Made by a program: the position numbers and the translations under genes
In this document: piece after piece, positions 13,179 through 26,330 of the stretch
Position numbering within the stretch: position 1 is the stretch's first letter
Layout of the letters: each line of letters begins with the position of its first letter
Notes under the pieces: generated by a model
What the model was told of the DNA's origin: nothing
Seen by the model: the letters and a program-made list of their open reading frames with translations, nothing else
The model's database searches: none
NCBI GenBank assembly: GCA_951406725.2
Contig: OX597814.1
Location: forward strand, 21,824,001 to 21,888,000
Origin: Octopus vulgaris
Lineage: Eukaryota
Direction: 5' to 3'
Length of the DNA stretch: 64,000 nucleotides

Positions 13179-13299
13179 TCACAACACACACACACACACA
13201 TGAGCTAAAACTGTTAAAAATCTATATATCAAAGTGGATATGATCTTAAAAATGTTGGAATTATCAAGCATGATGATCACTCAAGCTTATATTTAAAGA

Positions 13300-15700
13300 C
13301 TGATGAATTGTCTCATTTTGGAATGACAAAGGAGAATATATCCACAGATAATTGTGAGGATTATAGATATAAAATCACCAAAGATTAAGAAGCAATTAAA
13401 ATCTTTTCTTGGACTAGCAAATTTCTGAAGGATGTACATGAAAATACTATATCGGAAATATTTGAACAAGGTGACTATTCTGCACTATATTTGTCAAGAT
13501 CATTAATCATAGCTGAAGCAAGATATTCAAATATTGAAACAGAAACCTTGAAAATTGTATGGTGTACTCAAAGAGCGGGTCATATTCTGCTTGGTCAGAA
13601 ATTCAAATTTATCTGAGATCATAGGTCACTAAAATTTATTCTTAGCAAAAAATCACGATTTACTAAAAGCAGCATCTGCCTGTATTTTGAGACAACCCTT
13701 ACAAATGGCAGTATTTGAATATGGTATAGCATGGAAAGTGGACGTTAAACGATGATGATATCATGATTCTGAAATATCATGTTGGTCATATCACAGTTGA
13801 AATTTACAATAATATTGACATGAATGGTGGTGCCCCAGCATGGCCACAGCTCGTGAGCTGAAACTAGATAAAAATAAAATAAATAAAATAAAATAAATAA
13901 AAATGGATGAAGATGATCATGGTGGAAACTTCTTCAATTATAATACTTTATCTGGATTATTAAAAAGAGTTTAATCATAATTGGGGAAATTATTCTCTGG
14001 TTGAAAGGTCATTGAAAAATGATTTAACAGTTGAACTCGAACAGTCTTGTGTAATGGAGGAATAAATGTTCCACCAACATGTTTGAGAAAAATCTCTAAA
14101 AACTATGCACCATTGATTTTATTGGTTGTGGTAACAACAAGGAATCGGTTATAATTAGTTGTATAGAGGCCAGGTAATTGTGAAGAAGTTGAATGATATA
14201 TAAGAAGATACTTCACATGCAGTAAAATAAACTAATTTTATCTCACACAGTGTACCTGGCCTAAAGAAAGTAAAAATATAAAATACAAAATGGGAGAAGA
14301 ACGCAAAACTTCTGGACAACTAGGTGATACAAAAAGGGACAGCAAAACATCCAGATAGACGATACAAAAAAACAAGGACGGGTCATTCAAAGCTTTCTAT
14401 CCTCAGTCAAGAACCAGATCATCCTCGCAATTTCGGCAGATTAATCTTGAGATTGCTCCAATCTGGCCAACCCCATGGAAAAACTAACCTAAAAGCATTA
14501 GATTCCATATATATATATATAATATATATCCATGGCCTAAAAAAAAATTAGAATATATATATATGCCCGAGGACGAATGGCGTAGTGGTTAGGATTTGCA
14601 CTCACGATTATGAGATCATGGTTTCAATTCCTAGACGAAGTACTGTATTGTGTTCTTGAGCAAAAACACTTTATCTTGTATTGCTCTGCAAACACTTGGA
14701 TATCTGACACGTGGTACACCATGCACCTGTTCAGGCAATGTTGATTTGATGGGTGTGAGAGTGAGCTAATGTACAGCACATACATTTGATCACTATAAAC
14801 AAGTCATTTTGCAAAAAAAAGCTGAACGCTCATATGTCAACTTTCATGAGAGAGTCCATCGTATGTATATATGTCTTTATATGAATCACATTTGCATCAA
14901 GAATTTGGAACTATTCTTAATATTGCTGATGCATACTCTGCATAACCAGAAGTAATAAGAATCTCTCTATATATAAAGCTGAAGTTGTCTGTGTATGGCA
15001 GGTTTGGTAGCCTTCAACTAACTGTATCTCCTCCGAGACCCTCCGGCGCAAGTTGACCAAAATTGAGAGTATGATAGAAGAAGGCTTGTTCTTCCTTTCG
15101 TAGGAGAAAAAATTCAAATCGGACCATGTTAGCACCAAAAATTATTTACATCAAAAAGGTGCTTCTTTCTATGAAAATCCCTATTTTTTATGATTCTTTT
15201 ACTGCTGTGTCGCCATTTTCTGGTGTATTTCAACCAGAAAAATGTTCACTTAAAGAGATTAACAAGCTACATAATGTAAAACTTTTACTTTCCAAAAATT
15301 CCAATTCTAAAGGGTCAAAACAAACCCGAGCAACACCGGGTAATACTGCTAGTTTGGAATAAAGATGCTGAAATATTTAGACAGGTATTTGAAACTAGTG
15401 CTTTAGAAACATTATATCAAACAATACCTGTGAATGTCATGATATATGACTTATGTACACTGGTAATGAAATCATATGTAAACCCATGAAAATATCTCTG
15501 TATTATATAGAAATGCTGAAAGAATGGTTGTTAATGTTAAGGAGAGTTTAAAAGCATATTCACCAAATAACAGTTCTCTTAGTACATATTTCATCCTCAT
15601 GCATTGGAGTTTGGGATAATTTCTCATTCAAAAAGTGTTCCTAGTCTAGTGACTTTGATGAGCAGCCAAATATGATCACCATTAGTAATTCTAAAGAAGC
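13300..15700 (+). mobile_element. Highly degenerate Gypsy/Ty3 pol relic (RT end, RNase H, integrase traces) with nested insertions
   Basis: KQLKSFLGLANF (about 13390), AEARYSNIETETLKIVW (about 13510), LLGQKFKFI*DHRSLKFI (about 13590), NAERMV..VK (about 15512). Confidence 0.7.
14962..15352 (+). mobile_element. Non-autonomous Helitron
   Basis: 5' A^TCTCTCTATATATAAAG, subterminal hairpin cccgagcaacaccggg, 3' CTAG^T; inserted between A and T with no TSD. Confidence 0.85.
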
Positions 15701-18396
15701 TATATCTTCAGTTTAGTATTGATGTAGAAGAAATTAATGTACCACAAGATAGATTTATATCTCGAGCAGGCAATACCACAGTTGTGATTCTAAAAGAGGA
15801 ACAGGGTATATTTAACTCATGCAGACCAAACAAACTCTGAAAATATATTAACAAATCAGACCCTCCTGCTTTGAATGAAATTCCAGATTCAATTAATAAA
15901 GACTGTGATTTGACAACTGATACATTAACAAAACATTGCAAATGGCATTAGAGGCTGTTCTCAAGTAACGAAAGGAATTAATCCAATTCGGTTCTGGGTA
16001 ATGCAATTTAACTGATATGCTAATATTATTGTACCATTACATATATTCTACTTACTTACATGTGATCAAGATTATTTAAGAGGGCTACCAGTTCAATGTT
16101 GAGAAGCTTGGACATACAAGATGTAAAAAGTAACATGTGACCACAGCGCACTTGTATAAACTCAGTGCAACAGAACGAAATAAATTAAACAATAAATGTA
16201 CTTAGAAGCCTCTTACTCGGAGAGTATTTACTAATTGTAACACAGTGAATATCTTTGGCCTGTTTATCATTGAAACATAAAACCAGTGTACTGACATACT
16301 CAAGCTCTTGATAATTTGCTATGCTTGGATACTGTCAAAGTCTTTATTATATTTCTCCATCACATATTTGACTTACTTCTCCATACCATCACACTGATAT
16401 TATCCAGAAAGATTTGCCTGTCATTCACAAGCCAGGACTAACAGTTATCAATGAGTTCTGCATTTATGAAGTTAAATCCACTGAACGTTTACCAATTCCA
16501 AGCATACAATTGATACAAATTCCTATAGCATAATTGTATTTATCTCTTATACTTCATTTAACCTGTTTTTAGGACAAAGAAACTACATCATCTCTACTCA
16601 TTACTAATACTTTTCCTATATTTTGATTTATGACTACCAGTCTACTCTTCTAACCTTGCTACAATAAGATGACATGAAACATTTTTCAGTCTTGATGTAT
16701 ACCCTTTCTTAAATCAATAAGCACCTTCTCTTCTTAACACATTATAGCAAGTAATATATTGTGTACTTATTCAAAAATAGTGTTAATGTACATTGATCAG
16801 CCTACTAATAAGTAAAATATGCATACCATCATCTGAAAAAAATTCTAGTCTCTTAAGAACAGCTACAATTTATTCTTCTGAGACAATTGTACAAACTAGA
16901 AAGCTATAGTTTTAAAACTTACTGAATATAAACATAAACCAATCTAAAATACAAATAATATAATTTATCTGAGGTTGATACATTAGAATATATATTCTTT
17001 CTTTTTCCCTTTTAATGTAAGATGAACTATGGGTTCATGTATGCCTGCGTTTAGAAAGTTTGCTTTGAAATCATGTGCCTCTGATTTTGATACCATTTCG
17101 TGATACTTTCAGCCACTGTTGAGTTGACAAATAAGCTATGAGGGTAGAATTAAGTAGATGTAAATTTAGTAGAATCCCATTGTGCATGTGTTTTTGCATT
17201 TATTTTGTGGTTGTATATCAACAAAAGATTCAGATATTGGTGTGGAAAACTGAAAATAACTGCATTTGAAATGAAGTACTTTGTAATATTAAAATTAGAG
17301 ATACTTTGTCACTCTCGGCATCAGAAATCCAATAAATCATTAATTAGCTTCATTGGAAATGTGTAACCAATGATACTGTAGCTCACCAACTGTGTCATAA
17401 AATATAATAATAAATAAATATAGTTTATAATGTTCCAAAATGATCAGATGTTTTCAGTCAGAATTGATGGCAACCACTCAACATGGCAGCAATTCAATAA
17501 TATAAATTTCTTCCATTTCTTGCAAACTTAACCATTCTAAAATTTCTTGTCTGCGATATTTTTCCTCTTCTATAATTGGCCATGTGAATGAAATTATAGG
17601 AAATATCTATCTTCTGAGAATCTGGCTACATAACAGATTGAATTTTCTGGTCAGCAAATTTCTTGATATATGATCAAATATATTTCCTTAATTTTTAAAC
17701 CACCAGGAATCGTTGTTCTCATCCTGCTTAGTGAGATCTAATTAAAAGTATATCATACCTATTTTAAGTAGAAAAATCAATGATTATAGTTGCTCTATAA
17801 GCATTGCATCTGTACTGGATACAAATTTCTTATCTTCCTGTCAAGTGCCTAATTAAAACACACAGTTGTTACCTAATTAATTTTACCACATTAACATAAT
17901 ACTCATCTCTTCTACATCATATGTATCTTCCTCATTTTTTTCTTTATTCAACACTTTTTTATTTATTCAACAATTTCAAAAAAAAAAAAACAACTGCTTC
18001 ATTTAAAATATGCACAAAGGGAAGATGTTTTATCCCTTGCTAGAAAATCTTACAAAATTTATTTAAAAATATACATTTATTTTTGTATATTGTTACTAAT
18101 TGTATGAAAGAGCTAACTATTGAAAAACATAAATAATCAAAATCTTTTAATATTGCAATTTTCAGTTTATTTTCATATTCACAAATCGCTGCATTGACCT
18201 CAAAATGAAATGCTTTGTTAGAAATATCTTTCAAGACAAATATTGAAATTGGTAATATTTCTTTTCCTTTGTAACTTTGGAAATAATAGACTGTTCATCA
18301 TGTTTTGATTCACTTTTAACAGATTCTGAAAATATACATCTAATCCTAATTTTTTTCCATTTTTCATCACAACAGTATTCTTTATTTACAAAAACA

Positions 18397-18427
<31 letters not shown>

Positions 18428-18503
18428 GTTCTGTTATAGTTGCAGCAGATATTGAGGAGAAATGATGATTAAAAGATCAGCCAATACCTTCTTTTCATTT
18501 CAG

Positions 18504-18557
18504 TGGATCCTTTTGATGATGATGAAACTCCAAATCCAATATTTTCAAATAAATATG
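18504..18557 (+). CDS. kcc: Probable N-terminal cassette exon of KCC (54 nt, phase 1-1): [18 protein letters not shown]
   Basis: Acceptor ccttcttttcatttcag, donor ATG|GTGAGT. The open, acidic reading frame joins exon 44860 in frame (G|GT = Gly). Confidence 0.6.
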
Positions 18558-21500
18558 GTGAGTTAGGTTTTGTGTCAGTCCTCTACGTTAGAGGACTGAC
18601 ACAGAGACAATGGCTTCCCTCTAAACAAACCAGTATTGAAGTGGAGTTTTTATGGATTTTGTTTTGAAATTGAAAATAATCTCTTACTTAGACAGGAGTA
18701 TTAATTACAATCTGTCAATAATTTAATGAACATAATTGAATTACAAATTAGAATTCTGTTCACTTCCAGGAGATCTAGATATATTAAGAATATTCTCAGT
18801 TTGCCAACAGCTTATTAATAAACCATTGAACTGTTGACACAGATATTTAATTACAGTCCACTTTATCTTCATTTGCATATGAAGATAAGGCAGCAGTCAT
18901 ATCTAGATTGAAAACCAAAGATATCATTTTCCTTCCTCTTGTCCATATCTCTACACTGGGCAAGTGTAGAGATATCACATTATTCATTTCCCTGTCAAAC
19001 TACAATGGATGTGCCAGAATGCTTGGTATGTGATGAGTATTTATTTTTTAATTATTGGTTAATCAGTGTAAGAAAAGAAACTCCCTTAACCTTTGGAAGC
19101 ACTCTCAACATTGAGAGATTTCTATAGTTGGTCTTCTCAGTTGATGTCTTGAGGAGAAAAGTTTATGAGGAAAGAAATCCAGAATAATGCAAGTCTGTGA
19201 AGGATATCCATGGAGTATAAGACATAATAGGGAAAATATAAGAGAATAAGAGACAAGTGTGTCTAATGGATTGAAGTAGGACAGTGATGGAGCTTTCAGT
19301 GCAGAAGAGCAATGGTGTTATATTTATAGTAGATGAGGTAATGATGGAACAGATCATGCAGACTGAAAAGGAAATTTGGTGTTCTGAATGCAAATTTGAC
19401 AATAACGTGTGTGTTTGTGTGAAGATAGTTGCTATGAGAGATCATAAGTTATATAACATAATGTAAGAACTATTAATTATGTTGTTCAAGTACAGAGTCT
19501 AGTGTAAGATCTTTTCCTTATATGTTTAGTGAGTTGTCTTCGTCCTGTTGAAGGAAACTAAGTTATCTTATTCCAATGAGAGTCATCACAGTGCATAACT
19601 GTTTGAAATGTCTGTACACTTGTACTTAATATTATAGAGGACAGAAAGACAGTAGTATCTGCATATCAGTGAGTGTCATTGGTAGTAACAAGCATGTCAA
19701 TAGTATAAAGATTCTTGGAGATACAATCCAATATGTAATAGAATGTGAGTCATAAACACCCTTGGCATCATCATCGTTTAACATCCGCTTTCCATGCTAG
19801 CATGGGTTGGACGATTTGACTGAGGTCTGGCAAACCAGATAGCTGCACCAGACTCCAATCTGATCTGGCAGAGTTTCTACAGCTGGATGCCCTTCCTAAT
19901 GTCAACCACTCCTTGAGTGTAGTGGGTGCTTTTACGTGCCACCATTATGAGGGCCAGTTAGGTGGTACTGGCAGCAGCCACATTCAAATGGTGCTTTTTA
20001 TGTGTCACCTGCACAGGAGCCAGTCCAGCGGCACTGGCAACAACCTGAATGTAAGGGGAAACTTCCAGTCCAAAAACTGATACAGATGAATGACATGGGT
20101 GTGCAATATAATGTGGTGGTTCTTGTACTAGACATAGAGATGTTGCAGATGTCAGGGTCAACAAAATTGCTTTCTATAATGTTCTCATAAACAAGCAATC
20201 ACTGGTGTACAACATCAGAGGGAAAATGTCTGGTAGAATTGATTCTATGGAAACACTGCTAGTGGTTGCTGCGAAAGGGAAGAAATACAAGTTAATTAAA
20301 GAGGTAATTTTTTTTTTGGTTGTCTTCATCACTGTTTACATACTGGAAGTGGTAATAACAGATCAATAGTGACTGGGGAGAGAGGAGAGAGAGAAAGATT
20401 TTCTTTCTTAGGAGTGGAGAACATTATTGCATGCTTCCATTGACTGGCATAGATCCTTGTAGAGAAAGACTGGAGAGTTTGGTGAAGGCTTATCTCTGAT
20501 AGACATTGTTTGAGGGTAGTAGAAGTGATACTCTTGGAACTGACTACCTTGTTTGGTGGAGTGATCAGGGAAATTTTACAAATCAGTTATATTACTGAGG
20601 GTTTAACAGAATTGAAGTAGAGTTTGGGATGAGTGTTGTTGGTGGGGTGGATCAGTTCAGAATTGGAAGTAAAAGTGGTATTTACAGAGCCATTTTATTT
20701 GAGAAGTGAGAGATAGGAGGATTTTCCAGTATTGGTAGAGACTCTCTTGACAAAAGACCAGAAAACTGGCTGCAATTTGGAATATGATAGAGCTTCAAAC
20801 ATGCGATGCCCAAAAGGATATCTTATTTTCCTGATGGGGGCCTTGCAAGTACTGAAGCCATGGGTAAATGCCTCTCAATTGGTTGTGGTGATTGATGACT
20901 TCCAGGTGTTTTTAGATAGTATTCTTTGTTTATAATGTTCAGGAGTTATGGGTTTTGATCCTGTAAAGAATTTGAATTGACATACCTAAGAAGATGGTTT
21001 CAATTACTGACCTAGCTATCTTAGATGGTTCAGACATGAAAAAACCCTGTTGCTAAAGAGAGCATAGAATTGATGGAGCTCTCAATAATTAGGTGACTTA
21101 AAAAACCACTAGATTCAAGGAGAAGATATTGATTAGGCAGGAAGCAAGTGATCTGATAGGTACAGAGATTGCTCTGATTCTGTGAAATCTGTGTTTGAAG
21201 CAAGAAACAGTTGATGAGGTTTTGGACATTTACTGTGGTATCAGTTAGATGTATGAGTAGGTGAGATAATTAATTGATATGTATAGTTTACAAGAGCAAT
21301 GAATCAGGCCTCTGCACCTGCAGTATTAGTAGTGAAGGTGTCCAACTGTCAAGAGGCGTTGTGCTGTATTAAAGTAACTGAGAATGATGAACTTACAGAT
21401 TGGTGATGTGTGATAGATGTCTTTAGTACAATGCAAGAGATAGTCAAATAATTGATATTAATCTAAAGTGTGTAGAGAGTAATAGAGACACCAGATGATA

Positions 21501-21922
21501 TTAGAATGAGTGGGAATTGGACTTTGAACTAGAGATATATTTGTTGCTAATATCTAGGTGTGAAAGGTGAGTGGTTGAAACAGGAGGTTACGTGTGCATA
21601 GACACAGCCTTTCAGGGCAACATGGGAATATCAAAGATGAGTTAAACTTTAAGAAATGTGTCTGAGAAATGTTTGAAATTGGAAATTACATATTAGTAGA
21701 AGGAGCAGTATAGTACTAAAGCTGGATCAAAATCCATGGATGTCAATGTAGAAGAAGGAGAATTCTTCAGCACATTGACTTGTTCTGTTTGACAAATTCC
21801 TACATTATTTAAATTTTAAAATGTTTTGAACTGGAGAACCTTTCATAAGTCAGTAGTTAAGAGTTAGTAATTATTTTAAAGAGACAGCTGTATACACCAT
21901 TTTTTTAATGAATTTATGTATG

Positions 21923-21954
<32 letters not shown>

Positions 21955-21955
21955 A

Positions 21956-22040
<85 letters not shown>

Positions 22041-24705
22041 CATGCAATGTGTAGTGTGTGCTATATGTATATGAATATATATATATCTACATGTAATGCG
22101 TTTGTGTGCATGTGTGTGTATAAATATATACACGCATAAATGCTATTAGGTTGGTGCATAATTATTGTGGCTTTTTTTCAATAAATTTTATTCAACAAAA
22201 ACAATAACAACATTTAACAAAAACATCTTTAAATGATTATTCCAACAAGCTGCCAAACAAATGGGAAGCAGTAATTGAAGTAGATAGTGAATATGCTCCA
22301 GAATAATCATTTAGATATGTTTTTATTAAATGTTATTGTTTTTGTTGAATAAAATTTTTTGAAAAAAGCCGCAATAATTATGCACCAACCTAATGCATTG
22401 CTTGGTGAGTGATGAGCTTAGCTAAATGTAAAATACTTCTTAAGCACATTCAACCATGATTATCAAAATCATTGATACTACCAGGCATAACAGAGATCAT
22501 TGGTTATGCCTGTCATTATACACCATTTGTGAAGATAAAATGATGGTGACAAGGGACTAAATTCTATTGTAGGTGATAGTATTGTTTAATTATCACATGT
22601 CTCAGTGCCAAACCAATTTTAGGCCATGAGAATGACAACAGTAATAGCATTTCTGGAACTATTTTGAGATTATTTAAAGTTGCTATATATAAATTCAGTG
22701 TTATGCACTGTTTCTACAATATCTAGTTTAAATCAACAGTTCTCCTGGGAGATGAGAAAAAGACATAAAAATAATCATTGAATACAATGATCAGAAGCTA
22801 ACAGATACAAGTATTCCTGTCTAAAATATACACTAACTTCAGCTTCAATACATTGATTTAAATGATTCCTCTGTTCCCTCTTCACTATTTCAATTATTAA
22901 CTATCTTAATATCTTACTTTCACTGTGACCCCTTCATTTTTGTATTGGTTAATCTATGCACCTGATTTATTTAGCAGTTTGAACCCTTTTGAAAGAATTA
23001 CTATTTTTTTTATTTTTGTTTTTCATCTTTCAGAATTGAAGATTTTTTCCTCTTTTGTTTTCTGTTTATTGATTCGATTTCTTTTGTTTTTTGGCTTTTC
23101 TGTTTCCTGTTACACCTTAATTTACCTGGAGTTTTCTCTTGAAGTGTTTTGCTTTTGATATGAATGTTATCCTAAATAGAAAAAAATCTGTTTTATCCTG
23201 ATCCATTTTTATTGTTCTTGTTCGTGTCAGAGTTATTTTGCTTTATTTCAAATGTTTCAGTTTCCTTTTGCATGGCACCAGACAAAATTTTAACCAGTTA
23301 GGTATTACCTGCTGTAGTGCCTCCCTGTTTGCTGGTGAGTTCTGCTATCTGCTGCAGTGCTCTGTAATTGCCAAAGTGCTCACTACCTGTTGGGGTGTCC
23401 ACAACCTGCTCTAAAATGAAGTATAAACCATTCATTTGTTTTTTCCTTTTTTGTGTTTCTTTTTCATGATCCCAATCTGCTGGACTCCAATAGTGGGTGA
23501 TTACATGGTTGTTTATGGTAATTTTATTGTTCCTTCTTTCTGGAAGCACAAATATTAACTAACCAATAAAAAGATTGGAATCACATGTAATAATATAAAT
23601 AATATAAATAATTTAACCAAATAAGATTTGCTTGATTAATTAAATAAATACAACTTAACAGATAGGTATCCTTAAAATCTCAGAATAACAATTATCCTAA
23701 ATGACCAATTATATTGGTTTAAAATTTTAATAATTATGAATTAAGAAAAATATATGCTGCTTAATTAATTATGTATAAAAACTTAATTATTTTTTGTTAC
23801 TCTTAAAATTTGCACACAATTATTCTCACCTTTCTTATTTATAAATTATATCTTAATAACTAATGCTCTAATCCCTAAATATCTTATGTACATCCATAAA
23901 CTAAATTCTTCTATATTTTAACAATTCCTCAAATCACAAAAAAAATGTTAAATAAACAAATAAGGATAATAATTTCAAATTATCAAATAATAAATGACCA
24001 GCATTTAAACTTTAAAAAAGTCTAATTATTTGATAAAGTTCAACAAAATATTTTGTGATTCTGTCTAAAGGCGAAGCCAAAACAAAAAAAATATTTTCAA
24101 TTTAATTTTTTATGCTAACTTATTTGATGCTTTGATCTCTTTTTTTAACAGACCAAGATGTTTTTTTCTTAGAAATATTTGACTAAATGTTTCAGATTAA
24201 ATGTCATTTAAATATCAAATAAAATTTCCCTAACTATTTAGTAAAAAATTAGAATGAAATTAAAAAGAAATATTTTATGAAAAAAAAATGCTGATGCAAA
24301 AAAGTTAGTAATAATTTCTTTAGTTTATATATTAGCTAAATAGGAAAAGATAATGGGTGAAACTGTTGGGGAAATATATAATTTTCTTTCACAATTCATT
24401 TAGCCTGACTGATTATTGACCACTTTGAGCAAGATATTGAAGGTTAATCAGTAAAACTTCAATAACACTGACTACCTATATTGGTGAAGCCTTACACTTT
24501 GATTCATTAGTTGTCAGTCAAATGGGTCTTAGTTAAATTACTGGATTCTAGGATCAAAAAGAATTAAAAAATTTTTTTCACACTATACTACTTTTCATTT
24601 CATCCATAACACAGTTAAAAGCCATTTTCCATTTGGTGATAAATGGCCAATGTAAATTGAAACCTGTGCTTGTTGAAGTGATACTGTACACTATTTCTAT
24701 AATTG

Positions 24706-24736
<31 letters not shown>

Positions 24737-26285
24737 TCTCTTTATCTCTCTCTCTCTCTTAAAGTATATATCCTCTTTCCCAGTTCTCTGTCTCTCACTG
24801 CGTTTCTCTGTCTTTTCCAGCGTTAGAAACCAGAAAAGTGCATTCCATTAAATCACAGTGGTACACTTCATTGTTTATATTTTACCAAATATGAATAATT
24901 ACCGTCTTCATTAGATTCACCATCCCACACCCTGTGCACAATTTGTTTCGTGTTTAAATGGGATTATTAATGTCTAAATACTTCATATTTAGCACTTTTT
25001 TCTGACCCCTATTTCTCTTTCTCTCTGTCTATCTGTCTCTCTCTCTTTCCAAGATTACTGAGAAGGCAACATTTGAAACATGTGCATGCACACACACACA
25101 TAAAGTAAAGAGAAATTACATAGCCAAAACAGTCTTTTTTTTTAGTTCCTGACAAGGAATGAATGTCTGACTGTGAGCAGGTCAAAATAAGTTCACTTCT
25201 TTTGTTTACGATTGGAGCAAGGAAAAATCATGTGAATTTTCTCGGCAAGACTGAGTTTGCAAAACTTCAACCCAGTCTTCAATATTTTATGTTTTATCAC
25301 ATAGGATAAGTACAATTATAAGTAGATATATCTAAAGACCATAATTAAGTCTCCCAACTGAATAATAATTATAATAAGAATGATTTGTTTTTTGTTTTAT
25401 CATTTATAGTCAAGACACAGTTGTGGTTGTGTGATAAGAAGTTTGCTTCCCAACCATATGCTTCTAGTCTTGTGAGTGGATGGAAACTGACATAAACCTG
25501 TTGCATATATATATATATATATATATAAATGCACCCTTTTAAAGCCTAGCCAGGCTCATGGGCCTGGTTTCCCAGTTTCAATGGCGTATGTGTTCCCCAG
25601 GTGGATGGGACGCCAGTCCATCGCAGCGTTACTCACTTTTGCCTGCTGAATGGACTGGAGCAACATGAAATAAAGTGTTTTCCTCAACAACACAATGTGT
25701 CGCCCAGTCCAGGAATCGAAACCACAATCTGGCCTGGGTCTAAATATCAACAAAACAATCTCCTTTATTTTTCCTTCCACCTGTCCCTTCTCATTTCTTT
25801 CTATTTTCACTACAAGCTAATTCAAATTATGTATCTAATTAGATTGAAAGAAAAGTAATTCCTAAATATAACCCTCACCATAAAATCCTAGGTTGAGTAG
25901 TTACCTAAATATAGTATCGTTTAAAACTTTTTTTTTTCTTCAAATAAATAATGTCATACAGGATTTTTACATATTTCCAGAAATTCTGTATTGTTTTCTT
26001 TTTTTTACTCATTTCTTTTTTAATCTTACTGTGATTCCAAGTTATTAACCCAAGCTTCATTGTCATTGCTGTTAATATTCATATGGTGCCTCGCAAAATG
26101 TTAAAATTGTCTTGATTCTACTATTTTTATTTTATTCTTCTTCTTTTTTTTGTGAATGTTATCCCTGCTTTTTGCAAATTGATTTTTTTCTCATAATTGG
26201 CTTAATACTTGCACATGTCCATCACATGTATCCCAACTCAAATACAAGCGCGAGCAAATGCACACACGAACACACATATCTTACG

Positions 26286-26330
<45 letters not shown>

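Noticed and set aside
14380-14460. Hammerhead-like words (CTGAGGA, GAAA) on the minus strand of an unclassified repeat
   Set aside because: Stems I-III cannot be assembled in a valid order.
23261-23334. Possible exon tttcag|...CTG|GTGAGT
   Set aside because: 74 nt, open only as phase 2-1 with no in-frame ATG, so it does not fit the KCC frame. A UTR exon cannot be excluded.
23330-23390. Possible pre-miRNA hairpin
   Set aside because: Pairing is too patchy by eye and I recognise no mature miRNA sequence.
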